This document shows, piece after piece, positions 27,732-39,460 of a stretch of 58,284 nt of DNA (its first letter is position 1; each line of letters opens with the position of its first letter). The stretch lies in NCBI RefSeq assembly GCF_001194135.2, contig NC_068983.1:150007210-150065493 (forward strand), given 5' to 3'. Under the pieces are notes generated by a model. It was not told where the DNA came from and ran no database searches. It saw only the letters and a list, made by a program, of their open reading frames with translations. A program made the translations under genes and the position numbers. This DNA comes from Octopus bimaculoides (taxonomy: Eukaryota).

Positions 27732-27782
27732 CTCTTTTATGCTACACCTTTTAGGCCAGAATTTTAATAAAATTTTCACAAC
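27732..27782 (-). CDS. PPP2R5E: B56 duplicated exon, copy B: VVKILLKFWPKRCSIKE (candidate mutually exclusive alternative)
   Basis: tttctttttctttcag|GTT GTG ... AAA GAG|gtaaga; 51 nt, phase 0-0, no stop or indel; 38/51 nt and 13/17 aa identical to copy A. Confidence 0.85.
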
Positions 27783-27840
27783 CTGAAAGAAAAAGAAATT
27801 GATTTTTCTCTTTAGCAAATGAAATCATTGAAAACCTTAC

Positions 27841-27891
27841 CTCCTTTTGACTACATTGCTTAGGCCAGAATTTTAATAGTCCTTTCACAGC
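27841..27891 (-). CDS. PPP2R5E: B56 duplicated exon, copy A: AVKGLLKFWPKQCSQKE
   Basis: ttctttttcag|GCT GTG ... AAG GAG|gtaagg; 51 nt, phase 0-0; closest to the canonical V.RGL.KFWPKTCSQKE. Confidence 0.95.
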
Positions 27892-30800
27892 CTGAAAAAG
27901 AATAGCAAATTGAACTGCTTATTAGATTTGGTTAAAAGCTACTATTTCTGCAATTATAATTGATGTACAAATATTCAATTAAAAGGCATTTGTTTTTAAA
28001 TACACACACACAAATCAATTTGAATTTTAGACAATATTTGCAAAAGCAATACTATTCTGTTTCTGACTTGAACATCAAACATTTGATCCAGTTTTTCTTT
28101 TCATCTACACCATCATTATGGCCATCTGACACCACTTCCAATCTGCTGCAGTTTCAAATGATGATGAAACTAGTATATTGATCTCATTTCACAGTCACAA
28201 TCTAATAGAGGCTGATGTTTCAAGTTTTGCTTATAAACAACTAATAAAAATATTGTCAAACTAATTAATTTAGGATTTCTTAAAATCTGCCATGTTATTT
28301 ATCTTCAAAGGGAGATGTTTAAAGAATATTATTTAATATCTCTATTTTGTTGATTATCTCTAATATTCAACTGGCCAATTCTGTGCTATGGGTGTTCTTA
28401 AAATGAATCAAAGATAACTAATAATAGCATATCTTGGTTATCTTCTCTTACCAAAAGGAAGCTCTACACTGCTACTCTATTTGCTAGAAATATTGACGAA
28501 ATCTCCCTCAAATTACATCCTATAATCTTCAAAAAAAGGCAAGATTGTATAGTTTTAGACACACTATGCCAGGAAAAAAAATATGGTATGGTCATGATTG
28601 GAACGCTTTTGATCCTAGTTTCTGCTTGATCATAACTTGTTTGAAGCTAAACCAAAATAACATGATACAACACAATTTTGATAAGGAATAATTAATGGAA
28701 GTTAATACCTAAAACTGAATTAAAAAGCAGAAAAAACAAAAGCCCATGAATTCATGACAAAGACTATTTGTAGCTTACATAGAGGAAACAAACCAATGAG
28801 AGAATTTCTAAACAGCCACTTGATCGTCTAAATACAGTAGCTAAATCTTCTAGGGAAATGTCTTCATTTTCTTGAAAATAGGAACTACAAGCTTTTAAAT
28901 TATAAATCTTGGACTAGGATTTCACAATACAGACACAGTTGTCATGAATATAACAAATGGATAATTATTTAATCTGCTGTCATTGTGCTGAAGATGTATT
29001 GAAGCAGAGGTGAATAGCAGCTACTGAATAACAACCATCTATAAGTATCTTACATTACAAAAATAAACACACTATAATAAATTTAGTTTACTTCTGTGCT
29101 GAAATTATATTTTATGAGCATGAATTACCAATTGCATTTGACAAAATGAGCAGAGCCATAATAGTGCAAAGAAATAATTTCATCTAATTTATTCCTATAG
29201 TCTAGAAACTGCATCTGATATTTCCCCATAGACCTAAACAATCTTCATCATTCATATCTTTCAAGATATGAAAAATATTAAAAATCCAATGCTGAAAAAC
29301 TTCAGTATTATACTCAACAAAAAATGAAAGAATAGGATATTGTTCATAATGAGATCCAGGCAATATACTTTTCTATTTATATAATTGTTGGATAATAACA
29401 TTGAAACTGAATATATTTAAAGGCAATTGACCATAGCATATCAAGGAAGTCCTGAATCCTCAACCTATCAGAATTTTTTTTTTCTAAAGACTTATTTAAA
29501 AGAAGTAATTTTTTATTAAGAGCTTTAATAAAATTTATGGTGCAAACTGGAATTCAAAACCTATCTTTTCTTGTTAAAACAACTTAACTGACCTGTAGTT
29601 TAAAATAATTGCTAGAAGATAGATACAATTTCTGATTATAACAACTCATAAAATAGAACATATTAAAAAATGGTGATTACTTTAAAAGTCTATTAATTGA
29701 AAATATTTCTAAAACTTTGCAAATTTCTTTGAATACAGTAAAAAAAAACATCAAATGTTATGTTAAAACTAGCTCTCTGGCAAAAGACAAACTCATAAGT
29801 AAACTTAAAAAGTAAGGTCACTGTGACATTAATTACAAGAAGATCACATCAAGACACTGCTAAATAAAAAAAAAATATAGAAAAAGACTGTCAACAAGAA
29901 TTACAGGTAACATTTTATAGCCACAGGAATCAGGTTGTCTTATCAACTCAAATTAAAATTTTTGGAGAAAATAAATGATATTCTTAGCTCCTCATGTTAA
30001 GAATGAATGTAGCAGTAAGAGGTTGCTCTGCTGGTGAGACTTGGTAATTTTAAACTGAAGGTATACTGAGCTAACACATAGAACATTATACAGACAAATC
30101 ATCTCAGTTAGTTGTAGCCATTATTAGCTTTTGAACAAGACAATACCACCATACTAGACTGTTTAATTGAGAAAAGCAAGAGCATGATAGATAGGATGGA
30201 GGGCAAAGATAAAGCAAACAAGAACACCAGTAAACTGTGAGTATGAATGCATTCTTCAAATAAAAGATGGCTATTTTGAAGAATCTGAAATATAAGATAA
30301 TTTTGAGAAGTTGAATGCATATCTTCCAATGTATTATTTCAAAGATTAAAAATATATCTTCCTAATCAGTCCAAAATGCTCAAAACTCTTGAAATATTTG
30401 TTTTCAACAAGAGTTTAACAACTTGTGGGGGGAAAAAAAATATGGAAGAAGGAATTTAATGTCTAAAAATGCATGCAACTTTGAAAGATAAAGTGGATGC
30501 ATTTGTAAATATTTCCATGCACACATTATCTTGATTGTTGTCACAAAAATGACAAATAAAACACATTGACCTAAATTTTATCTAACCAAAACATTTAAAC
30601 CAGTCTATCAACCAATAGAAATGCTAACTCAACCACGTGGCTCAGACTGCCACTTATACAGCCTGATTTGTTATTCAACCACTAAACCATTGTCAGCCTT
30701 TACATGTTTGGTACATCTGTGTAATTTAGTTGACTGAGAGTGACAATAATGGAATTGGTAAGGTGCTAATCTTTTGGCTTCAGAGTAACCAGTTTATCAT

Positions 30801-31849
30801 ATCCCATCACTGCAGCTGTGTGAACCCTGCTAAAACCATATACAATTTCTTCCCATCTAACAGTAGCAAAAGAGAAAGAACAAAGAAAACAATTCTGAAG
30901 TGGATACTACAACTGGAAACTGAGTAGGTTTATGGTTTCCTCTAGAAAATGCAGAGAGAAAGAGAGAGAGAGAGAGAACTCCTTGAGGAAAAGAGAGCAT
31001 TAAGAGACAAAAGTATGGCTGGCGGGAGTTGCATGGTACTGAGCTCTTGTACATTCCAAAAAAAGTGACTTAAGTTTCTAATTGTGAAATCTAATATCAT
31101 GTTGCTAATTAACCACCAGATTCTGGAAAACATTTTAACACTGGATGAAATCCATCAGTCATTTTAATTCTACTTGGAGTTTGAGACTATAAAATTAACT
31201 GATATAAATTTTGAATTCAATTTGAAACTTTGACACTTCTTGGCAATGTCTTATTCTGAATAATGTACATGTAAAAAAAAAAATAAATCTCTTAAGCCTC
31301 TTGGAGAAAATTTTTAGCATTGGTTTATGTTATGAAATAGAGCAGACAAATTCTCCCTGGTTAGAACACTAGTTTATCATAGACGGCATTTCCAGATGAT
31401 CCGATACCTCTTCTTAAGAGCTAAGAAAACTAAGACAATGTAGAATAAAGAATTCTACCCAGAAACAGTATGCTTGGAGCAGATTTGAGCTCACAAACCT
31501 TGATTAGCAGCCCCAACAATAAGTGTAACTGTTCTACAATGATATCTCACATCAGATAAAATGTAAAAGATTTGGTCAGTTTTCTCCAAGTTTCTTACCT
31601 AAAATGAAAGTTGGCTTTGATATTAAGTAANNNNNNNNNNNNNNNNNNNNNNNNNNNNNNNNNNNNNNNNNNNNNAAGGTCAAAAGTGTTTGTCACTTAA
31701 GCTTGTTGCAGAGACTATTTTATAGCCTAATTATAAGACCACAAAGGAAACTAAGCTTTAAATTGGAAGATCAAATACAAATTATATTTGATTAAAATTA
31801 TCTATTTAAAAATTTGACAGAGAGTTAGCTACTTTATATTCTTTTATTT

Positions 31850-32180
31850 TACTTGCTTCGGTTATTAGACTGTGGCCATGTCACCTTGAAGTTTTAGCTG
31901 AACAAATCGACCCCAGTACTTATTTTTTAAGCCTGGTACTTATTCTATCAGTTTCTTTTGCTGAACCACTTCGTTACAGAGACACACCAACACCAGTTGT
32001 TAAGCAGTGGTGAGGAGGCAAACAGGCACAAAGACAGACACATATATACATACATACACCATGTGCTTGTTTAAGTTTCCATCAACTAAATCCACTCACA
32101 AGGCTTTGGTTGGCCTGAGGCTATAGAAGACACTTTCCCAAGGTTCCACACAGTGGGACTGACCCTAGAACCATGTTGAT
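31850..32180 (-). mobile_element. Degenerate SINE of the 36-423 family
   Basis: Reverse of tail (ttttacttgcttcggttattagactgtggccatg) and head (aaatccactcacaaggctttggttggcctgaggctatag). Confidence 0.75.
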
Positions 32181-32219
32181 GTGAAGCAACATACATTTCT
32201 AAAAAAAATTGTTTTTTCT

Positions 32220-32362
32220 ACTCTCTGAGTGGTTGGCGTTAGGAAGGGCATCCAGCTGTAGAAACTCTACCAAATTGGATTGGAGCCTGGTGTAGCCATC
32301 CGGTTGCACCAGTCCTCAGTCAAATCGTCCAACCCATGCTAGCATGGAAAGCGGACGTTAAA
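32220..32362 (+). mobile_element. 5'-truncated young RTE-related 3' end
   Basis: ctctctgagtggttggcgttagg...ccatgctagcatggaaagcggacgttaaac(gat)n. Confidence 0.88.
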
Positions 32363-32777
32363 CGATGATGATGATGATGATGCTTGTACTTGTGTCTTTC
32401 AGTGCTAAACCTTATTAAATGATTCTGCAATCTGAAGCAATATTTGTGGCAACTAAATGTTACTTAGGAGAGTAGGAGTGCCCAAGAGCTGATATAACAA
32501 GTTTGATTGAGGTTAAGTAGCTATTGAATCTTAGGTAGAATAGATTTGTCTTGTTTTCAAGTATAATGCAACGTTTGTGATAAGCTAGTAAGCCTATTAA
32601 CTGAATCACTCAATTGCTAGATCTTGGACAAATCAATGGTGCAGGTTCTAAAGTTCAAGCACACACAGGGCAGAAAGCAAGAGGTCAAAAGCAGTCAACA
32701 GAAATAAGAGTGGAATTACTATTCTTTTCTGGATTATCAAAAGTTTACTTCTTCCACCATTTTACATTCATTATCTT

Positions 32778-33046
32778 TCGTGCGAGATCGTTGCCGGTGC
32801 CCCTGGACTGGCTCCTGTGTGGGTGGCACATAAAAGACACCATTTCGAGCGTGGCCGTTTTCGTGCGGGTGACACGTAAAAGCACCCACTACACTCTCTG
32901 AGTGGTTGGCGTTAGGAAGGGCATTCAGCTGTAGAAACTCTGCCAAATTAGATTGGAGCCTGGTGTTGCCATCCGGTTTCACCAGTCCTCAGTCAAATTG
33001 TCCAACCCATGCTAGCATGGAAAGGGGACGTTAAACGATGATGATC
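32778..33046 (+). mobile_element. Young RTE-related 3' element
   Basis: Reverse complement of 5680-5960; ends ~145 nt from the donor of the 54-nt exon. Confidence 0.88.
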
Positions 33047-33188
33047 TGAATGTAAAATGGTGAGAAACTTGTACAAATCATAAAGACCAGTTAATCATTA
33101 ACAGATACCTAGTGTTCCAGACAGGCTTTCTTGAAACATGTAGAGCAACATGACAGCATAAGAAAGACAAATAAAATTATTGACTTAC

Positions 33189-33242
33189 TTCTTCAGTAAG
33201 AGAGGCATCTTTCTCCAAGAACTGTACAACGCAGTATGCCAG
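33189..33242 (-). CDS. PPP2R5E: B56 exon LAYCVVQFLEKDASLTEE
   Basis: ttcttgttctttag|CTG GCA TAC ... GAA GAA|gtaagt; 54 nt, phase 0-0; too short for the ORF track; matches the conserved LAYC.VQFLEKD motif. Confidence 0.97.
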
Positions 33243-34079
33243 CTAAAGAACAAGAAAAAAATTATAGCATTTTAAAATAATAAAAAAAAGAAGACAATAG
33301 TAGACACTTTATGTATCCTTATCCAGAAAATAAACATTGTTCAGCACATAGAAAAGTAAACTGTAGATGTGTGTTAGTAAGCATATATATATGTATGTAT
33401 ATGTGCATATTTTCAAATATGAGTATGTAAGATTTAACAATTGGAATGTATGTGAATGCAAGCGCATGTGTGCATTTATGCACATATACGTATATATATA
33501 TCTCCCAGCATACTGATAAAAAAACTATGAAAAAATTCTGTGCAATGCAAAATACAATCCTTCTTTCTTCAAAATTAACAGTTTTACTCCATTATAAGGT
33601 ATCAATTAAAATGTCTTTCTCTCATTTTCTTCACTCCAGACTTTGGGTATTTCTACTCAAAGTACTAAGAGTGTTAAATGCATTAAGTTAAAACTTTAAT
33701 CTTTCTTCTGAGATCTATGTATCTATTCCCAACAGCTTTGCTGTGGCTCTCCAAATCACTATTCTACATGACATAGTTAAAACAGTCAGAGCATGGAGTT
33801 TCTATAAATGAATTAAAAGTCATACAGTATGGTTTTTAGACCTAACACTTAAATTTTAAAATGTTAGATATTTTTCACACTCCACTTTGTCATTTAAGGC
33901 TGTCACACCTAAGCTAATATTACTCAGAGTGAGGTGCACATCTGTACTAGTGGGATCTAAGTTACTCCAGGATGGGGCATAAGTAACAAGTGAAAAACTT
34001 GCAATAAAGCTTTAATTAAAACTTTGTTGGAAGCAGATACAGATGAATGGTGAGTAGATGCAGTGACATGCAGCAATAA

Positions 34080-35200
34080 TGCATGCCCCCATACCTGACC
34101 TAACAGTGCTTCCAAAAGCCAATTTTGCAGAGGTGGGCAGGTCTTAAGAACTTCATATTGCTACACATTACAGTGCTTTCCCATCATCTCCATGAGGTTC
34201 AGAATCCTGAGATCAGCCTTTACCACTTTATCCCATATCTTTCTGGGTCACCTTTTCCACAACTCCAACCAAATTTAGCAACTGGCATTTCTTTATACAA
34301 CTGTCTACATTCATATGCAATCACATGTCCATACCAGCACAATCTTCCTTCTTATAAACAACTTAGTCTTCTTATGCCCAGTGCTTCTCTCAGTAAATTT
34401 ATACTGTATCATCTATTCACACTTATATTGCACATGCAATGGAGCATGCTCATTTCTTTTCTTTTCAGTCTTCTCAAGTATTCTGCATTCAAGTGCCACC
34501 TCTCACTACCAAGCAGTATTGCAGTTTTAACTCAAGGATCATACAATCTTCCCAGCACTCTGTAGGAAAGAACCTTCATTGTCAACAGTAGTTGTAGCTC
34601 CCTGAAATTTCTCAAACCCTTTCTTACTCTGCTTTTTATATTTTCAGAGCTGCCTGCAGCTTTGCTAATTACATCTCCCAGGTAACAAGTTATCAACTAC
34701 TAGTGAGCCATCCCAATATTCAAGAGTGTTTGTATCTGGTGTTCTTAGTGTGTACTGCACCAGTGCATCTATCATGTGAAGCTTATGTTCTCTGCTTGAC
34801 TGCCTTTGATTCCATTTCAGCTCTTGTGTACCCATACTTTACATTGGATACAGCATGTAGAGTTTATACCTATCCTTTGTCTGCATATTGAGTAAAGCCA
34901 TTTCCCTGAAGATACTAGAGTCTTGTTTTCTTTCTTACTAACTAAAACCTTTGCTAAGTTTACTTAAGACCCTTTGATTCTAGGTCTAGTTTCCATGCCT
35001 GGAATTTTCTCTCAAATTCTCCTATAGATTTAAGCTATGAGAGCTCGGTCTTCAGCATAAAGGAGTTCCAAAGAACATCTAGTTATAAACTCCTCTGTGA
35101 TAGCCTGTAGCTATGTTGAATAGGAGAGGACTGAGGACTGAGCCATGATGAACTCATACCTTGACACTGAATTCATCATTGAAATCATTTACTCACTATA
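34080..35200 (-). mobile_element. Degenerate RTE LINE RT fragment
   Basis: Minus translation contains EMSMLHCMCNISV and RLCWYGHV (RTE RLRWYGHV motif). Confidence 0.75.
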
Positions 35201-35535
35201 TCTTTGTACACAGCTCGCCAAAAATCTGATTTTAATCTGGAGAAAGTCAAGTCCAATTTCTAAAATGAAATTTTGGTGTGGTTGTCTTTTAGAATATGAT
35301 ACTAAATTATAAATTTAATAATGACTAAAACCTAAGTCACCACAAATGTAAATTTTGAGATTTATCAAAGTTGTCACGACTAAAAAAGCATTAAAAGTTA
35401 ATTGAGATTACATGACTAGAAAAGAAATCGGATTAATAATGAATTTCTCTGACTACAATCAAATTGAAAGATATTCCTTAAGAAGGATTAATAATAGTTC
35501 AACTGATGTAAAAAGATCTGTTTGAATTAACTTAC

Positions 35536-35644
35536 TTGTGCATGGTAAAGACTCAAGCTGCGAGCTTTATGCAATGGGATAAGAACCCTGATTAAAAACA
35601 ATTTGTGTTCTTGTTTCAATGGGAGGGCAAATCCATTAATGATG
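35536..35644 (-). CDS. PPP2R5E: PP2A B56 (B') regulatory subunit, most 5' exon visible: (S)[36 protein letters not shown]
   Basis: ttctttttcag|C ATC ATT ... GCA CAA|gtaagt; 109 nt, phase 2 to 0; matches the B56 signature [13 protein letters not shown]. Symbol denotes the A/B/E (widerborst) clade, not a proven 1:1 ortholog. Confidence 0.97.
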
Positions 35645-37517
35645 CTGAAAAAGAAAAGAAAAAAAAGGTAACTGAAGAAAATAACATACTTCAGAAGGTA
35701 ACAAAAAATAGAAAGAAAAATATACAAAGATTTGTCTTCTGTCTATAAAACAATTCTAGTGACACAGTAGCTTCTCCATATGCAGTAATTCTGTAGTACC
35801 TAGAAAACATTTTTAGCATCTCTTTCCTTAAATTGGTGGAAGTGACTTGATCTCTTGCTTAATGTGAGCAATCAATACAATCATACGTCCATCTGAGAGG
35901 TGTGAAAAATGTGTCTAGGTTTTTATAACCATATTCAGAAATAGTTTATGTATCAGAACAGTCATGTTGCACTTGGCTGTCCTCTATTAATGAATGTATA
36001 TGACAGTGTGTGGAAACAAGGACATTTTTATCTGAGTTAATTTAATATAATTGGATTCTAATTTTCTTTCAAATTGAGATGCAGTACTTTTGTAGTAGTT
36101 GTATGCATTTACAATTATAATAAACTAATTTGAATAATAAAGTATTAATTGGTTACATCTCTAGTTGACCAAATATTAGCTGAAACTAAATTGTTACTAC
36201 ATGTTATTTTGAAATTGCTTTTAATGCATGACTAGCAAACTTAGCTGTTCAACTTGCATTTTCCAAACAAATTCAAGCATATAACAACAATAATAATCTT
36301 TTTACTTCATTTACCATAAGAGTACATACACTCATCATCATCACCATCATTTAACATCTGTATTCCATGCTAGCATGGGTTGGACACTTACAAAAAAAGT
36401 CGGGTTACAAGATCTATGGTTACATAAAAATGAGAGGTGGGACAAAAATATTTTGTAATGTCATCATCACTTTTATATCTGTATTTTTCATGCAGTTAAA
36501 TAGGAATGTTTGAGGCAGTGTTTTGTGGCTAGATGCCCTTTCTGATATCAATCTTATTACAACATGCAGGGATATGATGGATCTATTCTAAGAAATGGAA
36601 TATGCAGTATAATAAAGAATTTAAATAAAATATACAGATATGCAAGGTAAGTAAATAAATACAACTAAAACACAAAAACGCAACAAACCCACATACAGTT
36701 GAAAAGACACCACCTAGGCTGGATCAGAGCACTCTGTGACAGCAACCCCCTTTCAGCCAAAACTATCAAAAGCATTCAAGAACATTTTCTATGTTGGACT
36801 AAGCTTGAATTCTGTCATGTCCTCAAGGTAGTTCATATACAGTTCTTCATAGAGTGCTTAGTTTGGTCAGCAGTTTTTATTTCAATATTCCACAAAATCT
36901 AACCCCATCTTCTCAATCAATATATCACACCTCTTTCATGTTATTTAGATGGTGCAGCAGCTTTTCATTGGTTATTCAAAGAATTGTAACTCCTTTGAAG
37001 AGGAGTCTTACTTCCCAAAGGAAGGTGGGTCTCTCTTCTTACATGAGATTATTTTGCAAAGGTGGAGACGAACCAAGAGCCAACATCCAAACTAATGTGC
37101 TGTGACACAGAAGTCTGTGGCTAGATGTCTGTGGGCACCAGCTCTGCCTATTGCTTCATCACTGGATTTAAGGACCTGGTACACATTTTCTTATGCCCTT
37201 CTCAGAAAATGAAGCAAACATTATGCCATATGATGACCAGGGCCTCTTGTAACAGTTGCTTTGAGAACATATGGAAGTTTGCTTTTCTATCTTTTATTTT
37301 AAAGGAAAATTGTCACTTTTTGTTTTTACCTGGATGTATTCAGGGGTGGGGTGGGGGGAGACACTGTGTCTCTTGTAATGTATATCGTTTGTGTTCTTTC
37401 CTTTTCTAGTTGCTAGTCTATATAGAGTGCAATCTCCTTACATTACCATTTCTAGCAAAACTACTGCTAGTGCTCTTCCGCTTACTGTTATCAGAAATAC
37501 TTTTTTTCATTTATTAA

Positions 37518-37725
37518 CCCTTTCGTTTCTGTATTTATTTTGAGATGATCTGTATTTCTTTCAATTACTTCAAAATATAACAAAGAATTTAGTAAAATAA
37601 CTTAGTTATCATTCAGCTAGTGTTAGGAACATAAATTGTGACTAAGGTTTGGTGGAAGATTTTAATTCAAAAGACATTTGTACTCAGAGCCAGAGCTGGT
37701 TTCAACCGGGTTGGTAATGAAGGGG
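37518..37725. mobile_element. piggyBac-type MITE
   Basis: TTAA at 37514-37517 and 37726-37729; ends CCCTTTCGTT...AATGAAGGGG, imperfect TIRs starting with CCC. Confidence 0.75.
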
Positions 37726-38079
37726 TTAAAGAGTAAATGTCTTCTGTGCCTGCTTGCTTAGATGCATTCATTTTCTTTTTTCTACCTGTTTATGAGTAAA
37801 CTTTTTTATTACTTCTAAAAGGCAAACCATTTTTGTGGTCTTTAGCGTGTCCAAGCAGACCTCATTCAACTACTTGTCGCATGATAACTCTGAGCTTACC
37901 TATAATGTACCACAGAGGTGACAAAGAACCAAGGGTCAACATTTGTATCAATGCCCTTGGCTGCAACCCTTGAATGTCTTCCAATAAAATATTAGGAAAA
38001 GTTACAGCCTGAAGGAGAGTAAAGAAGCTAAAAATATGTCCAGGTGGGTGTCTGCTATGACACATTCTTAATTACACAG

Positions 38080-39460
38080 AGAATATATGTGGTGAAAAGG
38101 GTAATTCAAAGTTCCTACAAGATAACCTGCAAGCTAAGCAGCGGTAGAGTAAAATACTGATCTACAAAGATATGGAATAATTTGATGCATTGAACTGTCT
38201 TGCTGGGAGAGAAAACAAGTAATATCTAGAGCAGTCATGGGTAGACTGTGATCTGCAGGACTTTCTAAATGGCATACCTAACAAAAAATTACCTTGAATG
38301 TTTTTGGTAGTGCAGCCCACCTGATGATGAGTTATATCTCAAGCGGCCCACTTCAAGTTGCCTATGCTTGACCTAAAGACAGTAGGTAAGAGACAATGAC
38401 TATAGAGAGTAAGGATTAAGTATTGAGATGGTGAAAATGTCAATGTATTTGTGAAGCAGTGCTATATTCAACTACTACAAAATAAATGAGAGACATTAGG
38501 GTCTGATGTTAATGGATAGATCAACTTAAGAATCAATGAAACAAATACAAATTAAAATTTGACAGTTCATAGCCGGCATGCAGTAGGTTTTTATCAATTA
38601 GGTGTAGATGGAAGAATTGTTAAGGTCATAAATGAGAGTAAGATCGACCATAAGCACAGTTAGGAATTAAGTGCTTAAAGTAATTCAGGAAGTTTGGCTT
38701 CTATTGTAGATCAAATCAAACAACTATTGTAGATCAAATCAAAGAAGTCAAAATAAATGGACTTGAGTTAAAAGACCTGAAGATAAACATTACCAAGACT
38801 ATGGTGTTAGTGAAAAGAGTGACATAAAGGAAACAGCTTCACAAGCAGGATGGTAGGAGGCAGAGACGTTTAGTACATAAAGGTGCCATAGAACCTCTTG
38901 CAATCTTTCAAAGAAACTGAATGGTAAGTGTACCAGGTGAACTAGAGTAGTTATCTACATGAGTGGTTAGGAAATGCTTGAATGGCAATTAGTAAGCTGT
39001 TATCTTGGAAATATAATTAGCACTCAAGTGGAGACAGTCATAATATAATAGAAAAGTGATAGATGAGGTTTTGAAAATATTTATCCATGTTGATGACAAA
39101 GGGCATCCTTCTCTGTGGAAAAAGATGATCTATATGAAGTAGATTTAAAAAATATGGTGTTACCGAAAACACAGAGTGAGTGCAGGTAACTGTGTTTGTA
39201 TGCACCCTTGTCTAAGACATCATGTGATGGTTGTAAATGAGAATCATCCTTATATGAGTGAGGTTGTTCATTTCCAGTTGTCCACAAAAAAAAAAAAAAC
39301 ACATCTGACCAAAGGGAAATATTACTCCCAGTGAAGGTTGGTGACAGGAAGGGCATCCAACTGCACAAAATCTGTCACAACAAATTCTGTTTAACTCATG
39401 CAAGCATGGAAAAGTGGACATTAACTGATGGTAGTGACAAAAGTAAGCTAGGAGAGTGGC
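38080..39460 (+). mobile_element. Highly degenerate RTE LINE fragments plus 3' tail
   Basis: Tail gttggtgacaggaagggcatcc...catgcaagcatggaaaagtggacattaa; scattered RT-like pieces. Confidence 0.55.

Noticed and set aside
38701-38743. 20-bp direct repeat ctattgtagatcaaatcaaa
   Set aside because: Local slippage duplication inside LINE debris.
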